DNA of 64,000 nt from Actinomycetes bacterium (GCA_021788115.1 JAJYLA010000002.1:20476-84475), one strand, 5' to 3'. Counted from the stretch's first letter, positions 34,378-43,949 are shown. Numbers and translations: made by a program. Notes: generated by a model not told the origin, from the letters alone.

Positions 34378-35529
34378 CTAGACCGTCAGGATGTTGACGG
34401 TGCACGCCGTGCCCTCCACGCCCTGCGCCTTGCCGCCGCGGCAGTGGGCGAGGCCCACCTTGGCGCCGGGGATCTGGCGGTCGCCGGCCTCCCCGCGGAG
34501 CTGGCGGACGACCTCCACGACCTGCGCCACACCCGTCGCTCCGAGCGGGTGGCCCTTGCCGAGCAGTCCGCCGCTGCCGTTGACCGGAAGGCGCCCGTCG
34601 AGGTCGGCTTCACCCTTCACGACCCGTGCGGGGTATTCGCCTCGGGGGAACAGGCCGAGGCCTTCGACCCGTAGCGCCTCGGCGATGCTGAAGCAGTCGT
34701 GGACCTCGGCGAAGCGGATCTCCTCGGGGCCGATCCCCGAGACGGCGTACGCCTCCTCGGCGGCGCGGTGGGTGAGGTCCTCGAAGGTCATTTCCGGGAG
34801 GCCGACCTCCTTGCGGCCGCTCTTCAGCACGGACGCAGCCAGGCGGATCGCCCGGCCGCGGCCGAGCTGGTCCCTCTTGGCCTTGCTCACCAGCACGACC
34901 GCCGAGGCGCCGTCGCTGACGGGGGCGCACTCCTGGAGGTGCAAGGGATCGGCGATCATGCGCGACGCCAGAACCTCCTCGACCGTCACCGGCTTCTTGA
35001 ACTGGGCGAGCGGGTTGAGCGCGGCGTTGCGCTTGTTCTTCGACGCGATGGCCGCCAGCTGCTCGGTCGTCGTGCCGAACTCGGCGAAGTGACGCTGGGC
35101 GCGCATGGCGTACACGGAGGGCATGGTGAGCCCGCGCTGGGCCTCTATGTCGCTCTCGTCCGGCGTGAAGGCGCCGCGGAACTGGCCGGTGAGATGCTCC
35201 ACGCCGAGGGCGATCACCACCTCGTAGACGCCGGCGCGGATGGACATCGCCGCGTCCCAGATCGCGGTCGACCCGCTGCTGCAGGCGTTCTCCACGTTGG
35301 TGATCGGTATCCCCGAGATACCTCCGTCGCCGAGGGCCCGCTGGCCCATCGCCATGCCCTGGAACACGCTGCCGACCCAGGCCGCCTCGATGTCGGCGAG
35401 AGCCACGCCGGCGTCGTCGAGCGCCTCGAGCACCGCCGCGGCGCCCAGATCGGCGGCCGTCCGGTCGGGATGTTTGCCGAAGGGGGTCATCCCCGCCCCG
35501 AGCACGTAAACGTCATCCATCGTGTTCAC
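34378..35529 (-). CDS. Thiolase-superfamily protein of the SCP-x / BbsB-like type that pairs with a DUF35 protein, 383 aa
   Basis: VYVLGAGMTPFGK and NVENACSSGSTAI (active-site Cys) are present, as are HDCFSIAE and GHPLGATG. The start may be Met4 (35520). Confidence 0.8.
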   Translation of the reverse strand: MNTMDDVYVLGAGMTPFGKHPDRTAADLGAAAVLEALDDAGVALADIEAAWVGSVFQGMAMGQRALGDGGISGIPITNVENACSSGSTAIWDAAMSIRAGVYEVVIALGVEHLTGQFRGAFTPDESDIEAQRGLTMPSVYAMRAQRHFAEFGTTTEQLAAIASKNKRNAALNPLAQFKKPVTVEEVLASRMIADPLHLQECAPVSDGASAVVLVSKAKRDQLGRGRAIRLAASVLKSGRKEVGLPEMTFEDLTHRAAEEAYAVSGIGPEEIRFAEVHDCFSIAEALRVEGLGLFPRGEYPARVVKGEADLDGRLPVNGSGGLLGKGHPLGATGVAQVVEVVRQLRGEAGDRQIPGAKVGLAHCRGGKAQGVEGTACTVNILTV

Positions 35530-35920
35530 TCCTTTCTGCGGCCGTCCGGGCGTGCGGCATGTCGATGAGCTGTCCGTCCTTCACGCGGGGCCCCGGGGCG
35601 AGCACGATGTCCACCTGCTCGCCGATGACGGGGTAGCCCTCCCCCAGCGCGGGCAGCATCACCCGCACGTTCTCGGGGAAGTCCGCGTACACGAGGTCGT
35701 AGGGCGCCTGGAAGTCGGGCGTCGACTGGTGCACCCGCGTGTAGGTGTAGACGGTCGCCGTCGGCGCCAGCAGGATCTCGTCGAGACCCCGATGCCCGCA
35801 CGCGGCGCACACGGTCCCCGTCGGGCAGAACACGGCCCCGCAGTCCGGGCAGCGCCCGGCGCGCAGGCGCACCCGGTCCTCCTCAAGGTCGTACTCGCTG
35901 TTCGCTTCAACCACGGTCAT
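35513..35920 (-). CDS. DUF35 zinc-ribbon / OB-fold protein (BbsA-like thiolase partner), 135 aa
   Basis: CPDCGAVFCPTGTVCAACG is a rubredoxin-like ribbon, followed by an OB-fold-like segment. It lies immediately upstream of, and overlaps, the thiolase gene. Confidence 0.75.
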   Translation of the reverse strand: MTVVEANSEYDLEEDRVRLRAGRCPDCGAVFCPTGTVCAACGHRGLDEILLAPTATVYTYTRVHQSTPDFQAPYDLVYADFPENVRVMLPALGEGYPVIGEQVDIVLAPGPRVKDGQLIDMPHARTAAERSEHDG

Positions 35921-35936
35921 TGTCCCTGCTCCTCTC

Positions 35937-36683
35937 TCAGGCCGCCCCGATGCTCCGCCCGCCGCACACGTAGAGCAGCTGGCCGGTGATGTACCACGAC
36001 TCGTCCGCGGCGAAGAACGCCACGGCCTCGGCGATCTCCTCCACGCCGCCGATCCTGCCGACGGGGATGGTGCTGATCAGCCGCTGCTGCACCTCTTCCT
36101 TCAGCCCCCGGAACAGCGGCGTGTCGACAAGGGCGGGGGCGACGGCGTTGGCGGTGATCTGGTACTTGGCGAACTCCAGCGCGAGCGTGCGGGTGAAGGA
36201 CACCACGCCGCCCTTGGAGGCGCTGTAGTTCGCCTGGCCGGCGCCGCCGAGCCAGGCGCGCGAGGCGATGTTGACGATCCTCCCGTACCCGGCGTCCATC
36301 ATGTGGGCGGCGGCCGCCTTGGTGCAGAGGAACTGTGACTTCAAGTTGACGTTGATCACCTGGTCCCAGTCCTCTTCCGACATGCGCACGAGCCACTTGT
36401 CGCGGGCGATGCCGGCGTTGTTGACCAGGATGTCGATCTGCCCGAACTCCTCCATTGCACGGTCGACGAGCCCTTGAGCGCCCTCCGCCACCGACACGTT
36501 CCCGGCGAAGTAGGCGACGTCGGCGCCCTGCTCGGCCAGGGCGGCGGCCGCCTTGGCGACGCGCTCCTCGTCGACGTCGTTGAGCACCACCCGCGCGCCG
36601 CCGGCGGCCAGCCGGCGGGCGATCCCCTCGCCGATGCCCTGCCCGCTCCCGGTTACGACGGCCACCCGTCCCGAAACGCCCAT
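35937..36683 (-). CDS. SDR-family 3-hydroxyacyl-CoA / 3-oxoacyl reductase (FabG-like), 248 aa
   Basis: This is the internal ATG of track ORF 35937..37121. The sequence contains VAVVTGSGQGIGEGIA, NNAGIARD and YSASKGGVVSFTRTLALE. Confidence 0.8.
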   Translation of the reverse strand: MGVSGRVAVVTGSGQGIGEGIARRLAAGGARVVLNDVDEERVAKAAAALAEQGADVAYFAGNVSVAEGAQGLVDRAMEEFGQIDILVNNAGIARDKWLVRMSEEDWDQVINVNLKSQFLCTKAAAAHMMDAGYGRIVNIASRAWLGGAGQANYSASKGGVVSFTRTLALEFAKYQITANAVAPALVDTPLFRGLKEEVQQRLISTIPVGRIGGVEEIAEAVAFFAADESWYITGQLLYVCGGRSIGAA

Positions 36684-36691
36684 CTGCTCCG

Positions 36692-37474
36692 TCACCTTCC
36701 TTCGAAGCGGGGTTGCCGCTTCTCCACGAACGCCCGCATGCCCTCTTCCCTGTCCTTCGTGCCGCGCAGGAACGCGTGGCACTGGGCCTCGAAGTCGAGG
36801 CCGGTCTGGAGGTCGCTGCTGAGCGCCACCTGCACCGACCGCTTTATACACCCAATCGACAGCGGCGCCCTCCCGGCGATCTGGCGCGCGAGGCGCTCGG
36901 CCTCCGCGACGGCCTCGCCTGCCGGCACCACCGCGTTGACGAGCCCGATCCGCAGCGCCTCCTCCGCGTCGATGCGGTCCGGCAGCAGCATGAGCGCCAG
37001 GGCGGAGCCCGGGCCCACGAGGCGGGTGAGGCGCTGGGTGCCCCCCGCGCCCGGCATGCTGCCGACCGTCGCCTCGGGCAGGCCGAAGCGCGCCGTGGTG
37101 TCGGCGACGCGCAGGTCGCACGCGAGCGCGAGCTCGAGGCCGCCGCCCAGAACGTAGCCGGCCAGGGCGGCGACGACGGGCTTCGACATCCTCTCGATGA
37201 AGGAGAACAGCCCCCGGATGATGTCCCCGAGGGGGTCCCTGCCGCCGCCGGTGTCGTACTCGGCGACCCGGCCCTTGATGTCCGCGCCGACGGAGAAGGC
37301 GCGGGCCTGCCCGGCCAGGACGACCGCCCGGCAGGTCCCGTCCGCGTCGAGCTCGCCCAGGTGGTCCCGGAGCCCCATCAGCATCTCCGGCGTCATCGCG
37401 TTGAGCGCCGACTCGCGGTTGATGGTGACGCGGGCGATCTGGTCGAGGCGCTCGACGACGATCAGCTCGTCCAT
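36692..37474 (-). CDS. Enoyl-CoA hydratase/isomerase family protein, 260 aa
   Basis: This is the internal ATG of track ORF 36692..38314. The sequence contains [50 protein letters not shown] and [14 protein letters not shown]. Confidence 0.8.
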   Translation of the reverse strand: MDELIVVERLDQIARVTINRESALNAMTPEMLMGLRDHLGELDADGTCRAVVLAGQARAFSVGADIKGRVAEYDTGGGRDPLGDIIRGLFSFIERMSKPVVAALAGYVLGGGLELALACDLRVADTTARFGLPEATVGSMPGAGGTQRLTRLVGPGSALALMLLPDRIDAEEALRIGLVNAVVPAGEAVAEAERLARQIAGRAPLSIGCIKRSVQVALSSDLQTGLDFEAQCHAFLRGTKDREEGMRAFVEKRQPRFEGR

Positions 37475-38706
37475 GTGCTCGTGCTCCTCTCTCCGGCCGC
37501 GGCCGGTTCCGGCGTCAATTGCACGACCACCCCGGAGTCGAGGAGGTCGCCGATGCTCGCGTCGGAGTAGCCCCCGTCGCGCAGGATCTCGATGCTGTGC
37601 TCCCCCGGCAGCGGGGCCGGGCGTCCCGGCACGGCCGGCGTCGCCGACAGCCTCGCCGGTACCGCCACCCCCGGGACCGGTCCGACCACGGGGTGGTGCA
37701 GCTCGAGCAGGCGCCCGGGCGCGACATCCTCGAGCCGGCGTGCCAGCGACGCGTAGTCGTTTATCTCGGCGCAGAGGATGTCGGCCTCGCCGAGCGCGGC
37801 CAGCCAGTGGGCCGTGGGAAGCGCCCGGAAGCGCGGCGACAGCTCGGCGCGCAGCTCGGCCCGGTTGGCGACCCGGTCGGCGCCGGAGGCGAAACGGGGG
37901 TCGTCGGCGAGCTCGGGGCAGCCGAGCACCGCGACCAGCGCCCGCCACCGGTCGGGCCAGTAGGCGGCGACCATCACGTAGCCGTCCGCCGTCGGGAAGG
38001 CCTCGTTGGGGGCGGCGTAGGGGGCGGCGCTGCCATGCCGGCCGGGCGACGCGCCGCTGGCGAGGAACATCGACAGCGGCACCGTCTGGAACATGAGCAT
38101 CGCGTCCAGCAGGGACACGTCGACGCGCTGGCCTCGTCCGGTGCGCTGGCGGCCGAGGAGGGCGAGGAGCACCCCCTGCACGGCGGCCATGGCGCCCATC
38201 GTGTCCGCTGCAGGCACCCCGACCTTCACGGGGCTGCCGTCCGGCTCGCCGGTGACGCTCATGATCCCGCTCGTCGCCTGGACGATGCCGTCCACGCCGG
38301 GCTTGTCGCGCCATGGCCCGTCCTGCCCGAACGCGCTGATCGAGCAGTACACCAGGCCCGGGTCGTCGGCCGACAGGACGTCGTAGCCGAGCCCCGCCCG
38401 GTCGAGGACGCCGGGGCGGAAGCTCTCGAGCAGCACGTCACAGCCGCGGGCCAGCTGCCGGAGGACGTCGGCACCACCGGGCCGCTTCAAGTCGACGACC
38501 ACCGACCGCTTGTTGCGGTTCATGCCGAAATAGGCGGCCGCCTGGCCCCCCACGAACGGGGGCCCCAGGTTGCGGCCCCACTCCCCGCCAGGGGGGTCCA
38601 CCTTGATGACCTCGGCGCCGTAGTCGCCGAGCACCATCCCGGCGATGGGGCCCGCCGCCCCCTGGGAGAGGTCGAGGACGCGCGTCCCTTCAAGCACTGA
38701 CGGCAT
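37462..38706 (-). CDS. Family III (CaiB/BaiF) CoA-transferase, 414 aa
   Basis: This is the internal ATG of track ORF 37462..38778. The N-terminus is [45 protein letters not shown]. Confidence 0.85.
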   Translation of the reverse strand: MPSVLEGTRVLDLSQGAAGPIAGMVLGDYGAEVIKVDPPGGEWGRNLGPPFVGGQAAAYFGMNRNKRSVVVDLKRPGGADVLRQLARGCDVLLESFRPGVLDRAGLGYDVLSADDPGLVYCSISAFGQDGPWRDKPGVDGIVQATSGIMSVTGEPDGSPVKVGVPAADTMGAMAAVQGVLLALLGRQRTGRGQRVDVSLLDAMLMFQTVPLSMFLASGASPGRHGSAAPYAAPNEAFPTADGYVMVAAYWPDRWRALVAVLGCPELADDPRFASGADRVANRAELRAELSPRFRALPTAHWLAALGEADILCAEINDYASLARRLEDVAPGRLLELHHPVVGPVPGVAVPARLSATPAVPGRPAPLPGEHSIEILRDGGYSDASIGDLLDSGVVVQLTPEPAAAGERSTSTWTS

Positions 38707-39295
38707 GCCCGACCAAGCTCCCGTCGAACACCGATCCGTGGGCGGCCGCCATGTCCCATCCCCGCCGCACCGCGGCACGGTTGACCGGGCGGAACGCCTC
38801 GGGCGACCGCTTGGCCACCGCTTCTTCGATGGCGTCGCGGGAGAACCTGCCCGAGACGCACGCGAAAGCGCCGACGCCGATCATGTTCGCGACGACCTTC
38901 GCCCGCAGTTCCGTGCGGGCCGCCGCCTCGAACGGCAGCGCCAGGATCCCCGCCACGCCCGGCTCGACCCGGACGAGGTCGGCGTCGACCAGGGCGGTGC
39001 ACCGGCCCTCGGCGAGCGCCGCCATCACGGCGGGCCGGGTCCGGGCGAACTTGTGCCACGCCTTGTCGTGCAGCGCCAGAAGGATGTCGGGAATGCCGCA
39101 CTGCGGGTTGGCGATCGGCTCGTCCGAGAGGACGACGTCGGCGCGGCTCGCTCCTCCCCGCGCCTCGGGTCCGTACTCCTGGGTGAGCGCGACCGCGTAC
39201 CCCGACGCCAGGCCGGCCTCTGCGACGACCACGGCGGCGAGGGCCAGGCCCTGACCGCCGGCGCCGGCGAAACGCGAGTCGACCCGCCAGGTCAT
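38690..39295 (-). CDS. 2-oxoacid:ferredoxin oxidoreductase gamma subunit, 201 aa
   Basis: This is the internal ATG of track ORF 38690..40180. FAGAGGQGLALAAVVVAEAGLASGYAV..QEYGPEARGGASRADVVLS is typical of the Por/Kor gamma subunit. ATGA overlap with the beta subunit. Confidence 0.8.
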   Translation of the reverse strand: MTWRVDSRFAGAGGQGLALAAVVVAEAGLASGYAVALTQEYGPEARGGASRADVVLSDEPIANPQCGIPDILLALHDKAWHKFARTRPAVMAALAEGRCTALVDADLVRVEPGVAGILALPFEAAARTELRAKVVANMIGVGAFACVSGRFSRDAIEEAVAKRSPEAFRPVNRAAVRRGWDMAAAHGSVFDGSLVGHAVSA

Positions 39296-40128
39296 CGCGC
39301 ACCCCCGACGAGGCCCATCGCCTCTTCCAGGGTGCTCCGCCGGCTGCGGTGGAGAACGCCCGTCGCCAGCGTAGGCCGGGTCCGCTTCTCGGGCACCGGC
39401 CGCAGGGTGGGGCGCGTCGCGAGGTCGGCGTCGACCGCCGGCTCCTCCCGGCCCTGGGCGAAGAGGAGGTCGGCGCCGGTGCCCAGGTGGTTGGTGCGGC
39501 CGAAGTACTCGGTGCAGTCGGTCAGCACCTCGACGAAGGAGAACCCGGGGTGGTCGAGCGCCTCTGCGAAGACCTCTTCGAACAGCCTGGTCCGGAAGCT
39601 CTGCGCCCGCGCCACAAACGTCGCACCGGCCGCCTCCACGAGCCGCGCGGCATCGAAAGGCTCTTCGTGGTTCCCCTCCGGCGACGTGGAGGTGAACGCG
39701 CCCGGCACGGTGGTCGGCGCCAGCTGCCCGCCGGTCATGCCGTAGATCTCGTTGTTGAAGAGCACGCACGTGAGATCGATGTTGCGCCGGGCGGCATGGA
39801 TCAGGTGATTGCCGCCGATGGAGAGGCCGTCCCCGTCGCCGGTGACGACGATCACCTTCAGATCGGGCCGGGCGAGCTTGAGGCCGGTCGCGAACGTGAG
39901 CGGCCGGCCGTGGGTCGTGTGCATGGTGGCGGAGTCGACGTAGCCGACGACGCGGCTCGAGCAGCCGATCCCGGCCACGAACGCGACGCCGTCGAGGGTT
40001 TCGTAGCGACGGGCGAGCACGCGAAGCATCGCGTCGAAGACGATGCCGTGCCCGCAGCCGGGGCAGAGCATGTGCGGCATCATGTCGAGGCGAAGCAGCC
40101 GCTTCTCGGTGGGGGCGGCTTCGATCAT
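39292..40128 (-). CDS. 2-oxoacid:ferredoxin oxidoreductase beta (TPP-binding) subunit, 278 aa
   Basis: LCPGCGHG is present. VVTGDGDGLSIGGNHLIHAARRN is the TPP GDG-X-GGN motif. ATGA overlap with the alpha subunit. Confidence 0.85.
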   Translation of the reverse strand: MIEAAPTEKRLLRLDMMPHMLCPGCGHGIVFDAMLRVLARRYETLDGVAFVAGIGCSSRVVGYVDSATMHTTHGRPLTFATGLKLARPDLKVIVVTGDGDGLSIGGNHLIHAARRNIDLTCVLFNNEIYGMTGGQLAPTTVPGAFTSTSPEGNHEEPFDAARLVEAAGATFVARAQSFRTRLFEEVFAEALDHPGFSFVEVLTDCTEYFGRTNHLGTGADLLFAQGREEPAVDADLATRPTLRPVPEKRTRPTLATGVLHRSRRSTLEEAMGLVGGAR

Positions 40129-41273
40129 GCGAGCACCCCCTCGCGCGTCGCGGCGAGCACGTGCTCGACCAGCTCCTCAACGGAGATGATGCTCCCGCCG
40201 GCCTTCAGGTAGGGCGCCAGGGGCACCTGCCGGCCCGCCACCCTCTCCACCTCCAGCGACCACTGCCCACGGTTCATCTCCGCGGCCACCACCAGCTCCG
40301 CCGGGGCGATCGCCTCCTCGAGGGCGGCGACGGGGACCGGCCACAGCAGCCGCGGGCGCAGCAGGCCCGCCGGGATGCCGCGTTCGCGGAGCACGTCGAC
40401 GGCGGCGCGCGCCATGCGGGCGGTTATGCCGTACGCGATCAGCACGACCGTCGCGTCCTCGAGCCGGTAGCGCTCCGGGGGCAGCGCGTCGAGCGCCGCG
40501 TCGGTCTTCCTCTCGAGCCGTTCGAGGAGCGCAGCGACCGTGGCGGGATCCGACGTGGGGTAGCCCCGCTCGTCGTGCATGAGACCGGTCACGTGGAAGC
40601 GGTAGCCGCGCCCGAAGTCGGGGACCATGGCCACCCCTTCCGCGTTGGGGCGGTACGCGGAGCGGAACGACGGCCCCGGCGGCTCGCCCGGCACCGGGCG
40701 CCCAGCCGAGCCGGCCGGGGGGGCGGCCAGGGTGACGCCTTCGCGCATGTGGCCGATCACCTCGTCGAAGAGCACCACGACCGGGGTGCGCAGCCGCTCC
40801 GCGAGCGCGAAGGCGGTGCCCGTCAGGTCGTGGACCTCCTGCACGCTCGCCGGGGCGACCACCACCGTCGCCCGGTCGCCGTGCGACCCCCAGCGGGCCT
40901 GCATCACGTCGCCCTGGGAGGGGGACGTGGGCAGCCCGGTGCTCGGGCCCCCCCTCATGACGTCCACCACGACGCAGGGAATCTCCGCCAGGGACGCGTA
41001 CCCGAGGTGCTCCTGCATCAGCGTGAAACCCGGCCCGGACGTCGCGGTCATCGCCCGCGCCCCGCCCATGGCGGCGCCGAGCACGGCGCCGAGCGACGCC
41101 ATCTCGTCTTCCATCTGGATGAACACCCCGCCCCGCCGGGGAAGCGCCCGCGCCAGCGCCTCGGCGATCTCCGACGAGGGCGAGATCGGGTACCCGGCGA
41201 AGAACCGGCACCCCGCAGCGAGCGCCCCCAGGGCGCAAGCCTCGTTACCTTGGACCAGCTGCAGCGTGGACAT
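40125..41273 (-). CDS. 2-oxoacid:ferredoxin oxidoreductase alpha subunit, 382 aa
   Basis: This is the internal ATG of track ORF 40125..41762. The N-terminus is MSTLQLVQGNEACALGALAAGCRFFAGYPISPSSEIAE, and ATSGPGFTLMQE is also present. Confidence 0.85.
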   Translation of the reverse strand: MSTLQLVQGNEACALGALAAGCRFFAGYPISPSSEIAEALARALPRRGGVFIQMEDEMASLGAVLGAAMGGARAMTATSGPGFTLMQEHLGYASLAEIPCVVVDVMRGGPSTGLPTSPSQGDVMQARWGSHGDRATVVVAPASVQEVHDLTGTAFALAERLRTPVVVLFDEVIGHMREGVTLAAPPAGSAGRPVPGEPPGPSFRSAYRPNAEGVAMVPDFGRGYRFHVTGLMHDERGYPTSDPATVAALLERLERKTDAALDALPPERYRLEDATVVLIAYGITARMARAAVDVLRERGIPAGLLRPRLLWPVPVAALEEAIAPAELVVAAEMNRGQWSLEVERVAGRQVPLAPYLKAGGSIISVEELVEHVLAATREGVLA

Positions 41274-42093
41274 GTTCCTCCTGGGCCTGATATGAGACGT
41301 CGATGGCGAGGTCCGGGCACAGCCACGAGCACAGCTGGCAGCCGGTGCAGCGCTCTGGGTGGGCGAAGACGGCGACGTCGAAGCGGTCCAGCTCGAGGCA
41401 GCGCTCCGGGCAGACAGCGACGCAGATGTTGCACCCCTTGCACCATGCCGCCTCGATGCTGACCAGGGCCGGCGGGCGGGCGACGACGGGGGCCTGCCGC
41501 AGTCGGGTGGGGGACGCCGGCTTGTGCGCCCTGCCGCGCTCGAACGCGGTGATGTTCTCCTCGACGGTCTTCGGCGGAACCCACGAGCGGATCGCCGTGT
41601 GCCACGCCTCAGCCGGGAAGGGCAGCCGCGCGGCCACGGCGCCGAGGAGCACGGTCTGGGCCACCGCGGCTCTCGTGGCGGCAGCGTCGCCCGCCACGGC
41701 AGCGGTGTCGATCGCCACGACCCCCCTCGGGGACGCGTCCGCGGCCGGATAGGCGAGGGCACCGCCCCGGTGGTCGCTCATGGACGCGGGGGGGAGCCGC
41801 CGCTCGGTGCTGACGAAGGCGACACCCTCGTCGGCGAGGTAGGGCAGGGCCCGCAGGCCCTCCTCCCACTCGAAGGCGACGACCCAGTCGGCCGTTCCCG
41901 GCTCGACGGTCACCGAGTGGACGTCGTGGCCGAACCGCACATGGCTGACGACGGTCCCGCCCCTCTGGGACATGCCGTGGACCTCGGACTTCTTCACGTC
42001 GAACCCGGCGTCGAGCAGCACCTGGGCGATGACGTTGCTCGCCATGATCACGCCCTGGCCGCCGACACCCGCGACGACGATGTTGCCCGACAC
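41245..42093 (-). CDS. Indolepyruvate:ferredoxin oxidoreductase beta subunit (IorB-like) fused in frame to a 2x[4Fe-4S] ferredoxin (OFOR delta-like) domain, about 282 aa
   Basis: The frame of track ORF 41245..42519 has no stop between the IorB-like part (VSGNIVVAGVGGQGVIMASNVIAQVLLDAGFDVKKSEVHGMSQRGG...) and the C-terminal CKGCNICVAVCP...CTGCQLCSWLCP. I prefer the GTG at 42093 because AAGAGG lies 8 nt upstream. The GTG at 42141 overlaps the iorA stop. Confidence 0.7.
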   Translation of the reverse strand: MSGNIVVAGVGGQGVIMASNVIAQVLLDAGFDVKKSEVHGMSQRGGTVVSHVRFGHDVHSVTVEPGTADWVVAFEWEEGLRALPYLADEGVAFVSTERRLPPASMSDHRGGALAYPAADASPRGVVAIDTAAVAGDAAATRAAVAQTVLLGAVAARLPFPAEAWHTAIRSWVPPKTVEENITAFERGRAHKPASPTRLRQAPVVARPPALVSIEAAWCKGCNICVAVCPERCLELDRFDVAVFAHPERCTGCQLCSWLCPDLAIDVSYQAQEEHVHAAAGPR

Positions 42094-42137
42094 AGGAGAC
42101 GCCTCTTTCTCGCTGGTCGGCTCGGCCGTCCTGGCGC

Positions 42138-43949
42138 TCACAGCGCGCCTCCGGCGGCCGCCGCGGGGACTTCCTCGTGGACCGACACGATGGCGCGGTT
42201 CGGGCAGAGCTGGGCGCAGACGGTGCATCCGGAGCACAGCGATGCGTCGATGCGCACCCGGGGAGGCGACACGCCGGCGTCCGTATCCCACGCGATGGCC
42301 GGACAGCCGAGCCCCATGCACGCCTGGCAGCCGTCGCACAGCTCCGCGCGGACCGTGTAGACGGGTCCGCGGCTCTTGACCGGGGCTTCGACGCACGCCC
42401 GGGTGGTCACCACGACCGAAACCCCGCGCCGTCCCGTCGCCTCCCGGATGGCCCTGCGGGTGGCGGCGAGGTCGTAGGGGTCGACGACCGTCACGGAGTG
42501 CACGCCGGCGGCCCGGCACAGCTCGACGATGTCGGCACGCGGTAGCGTCTCCCCGCGGATCCCGACCGACACGCCGGGGTGGGGCTGCCCGCCGGTCATG
42601 GCGGTGATGCCGTTGTCGAGCACGACGACGGTGACGTCCGCTTGGCGGTGCACGGCGTCGATCAACGCGGGCACCCCGGCGTGGAGGAACGTCGAGTCGC
42701 CGATGGTGGCGACCACGGGCTGGCCCGGCACGCCGGCGAGCGACAGGCCTACCGCCATCCCGATGCTCGATCCCATGGCCAGGCAGGTGTCCATCGCCGC
42801 GATCGGCGGCCCCGCGGCGAGCGTGTAGCAGCCGATGTCGCCGGCCACGACGGCGTCGAGCTCACGCAAGGCGAGGAAGGGCGTCGAGTGGGGGCAGCCC
42901 GGGCACAGCACGGGTGGGCGTGGGCCTGCGGCGGGAGCCGGCCGGGCGGCCGCCGGCGGGCGCTGGTCCAGGAGGCCGGCCTTCTCGAAACCCTTGCGGA
43001 CCTCTTCGGGCGAGAGCTCCCCGTCCCGGGGGAACCATTTCTTGCCTTCGACGGCGATGCCGAGCCTGCGGACCTCGTCCTCGAGGTAGGGCTCGAGCTC
43101 TTCGACGACGATCAGCCTTTGCACCTGGGCGGCGAAGCGGCGGATCAGGTCCTCAGGCAGGGGGAACGCGACGCCGAGCTTGAGCACGCTCGCCTCGGGC
43201 AGCACTTCGCGCACGTTGTGGTAGGCGATGCCGGAGGTGATGACGCCGACGTCGCGCGAGCGGATCTCCTGCGCGTTGAGAGGGCTGTGCTCCGCCCACT
43301 CGCGCATCCTCTCCAGGCGTTCGATGTGCACGGCGTGGCGTCTGCGGGCGAACGCCGGCAGCATGACGTACTTGCTCGGGTTGCGCTCGAAGCCGGACGC
43401 CGCAGGGCGCTCGAGTCGGTCTCCCGCCTCGAGCGAGGAGCGGGCGTGGGAAGTCCGTGTCGTGGTGCGCAGCATGCAGGGCAGGTCCCACTCCTCGCTC
43501 ACGTCGAACGCGGCGCGGACGAAGTCGTAGGCCTCCTGGCTGTCCGCCGGCTCGAACACCGGGATGCCGGCGAATCGGCCGACGTAACGGTTGTCCTGCT
43601 CGTTTTGCGAACTGTGCATCCCGGGGTCGTCGGCGCTCATCACGACGAGGCCGCCCCTGACCCCGAGGAAGGCGCTCGTCATGAGGCTGTCCATCGCCAC
43701 GTTGACCCCGACGTGCTTCATCGTGACCAGGACACGCGCTCCCGCGAGGGCGGCGCCCACGGCGACGTCGAGGGCCACCTTCTCGTTGGTCGCCCACTCC
43801 ACGTCCACGTCGCCCGCCGGCGAGATGCGCGCCAGGTACTCGAGAACCTCGGTGCTCGGCGTACCCGGGTAGCCGGTCGCCACCGAAATGCCGGCGTGGT
43901 AGGCGCCGAGGGCGATCGCCTCGTTCCCCGACAGCAGCGTCGAGCTCAC
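42138..43949 (-). CDS. iorA: Indolepyruvate (arylpyruvate):ferredoxin oxidoreductase alpha subunit, 603 aa
   Basis: The sequence contains LLSGNEAIALGAYHAGISVATGYPGTPSTE, LCPGCPH, IGDSTFLHAG and a C-terminal CDGCQACMGLGCP...CSGCTVCAQLCP. The GTG start overlaps the upstream stop (GTGA). Confidence 0.8.
   Translation of the reverse strand: MSSTLLSGNEAIALGAYHAGISVATGYPGTPSTEVLEYLARISPAGDVDVEWATNEKVALDVAVGAALAGARVLVTMKHVGVNVAMDSLMTSAFLGVRGGLVVMSADDPGMHSSQNEQDNRYVGRFAGIPVFEPADSQEAYDFVRAAFDVSEEWDLPCMLRTTTRTSHARSSLEAGDRLERPAASGFERNPSKYVMLPAFARRRHAVHIERLERMREWAEHSPLNAQEIRSRDVGVITSGIAYHNVREVLPEASVLKLGVAFPLPEDLIRRFAAQVQRLIVVEELEPYLEDEVRRLGIAVEGKKWFPRDGELSPEEVRKGFEKAGLLDQRPPAAARPAPAAGPRPPVLCPGCPHSTPFLALRELDAVVAGDIGCYTLAAGPPIAAMDTCLAMGSSIGMAVGLSLAGVPGQPVVATIGDSTFLHAGVPALIDAVHRQADVTVVVLDNGITAMTGGQPHPGVSVGIRGETLPRADIVELCRAAGVHSVTVVDPYDLAATRRAIREATGRRGVSVVVTTRACVEAPVKSRGPVYTVRAELCDGCQACMGLGCPAIAWDTDAGVSPPRVRIDASLCSGCTVCAQLCPNRAIVSVHEEVPAAAAGGAL

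Noticed and set aside
41245-42519. The full 424-aa track ORF as the IorB-ferredoxin protein
   Set aside because: The first 125-140 or so residues are Arg/Gly/Pro-rich and overlap the 3' end of iorA in another frame. Protein-like sequence starts at VSGNIVVAGVGGQG, with a GTG at 42093 behind an AAGAGG site.
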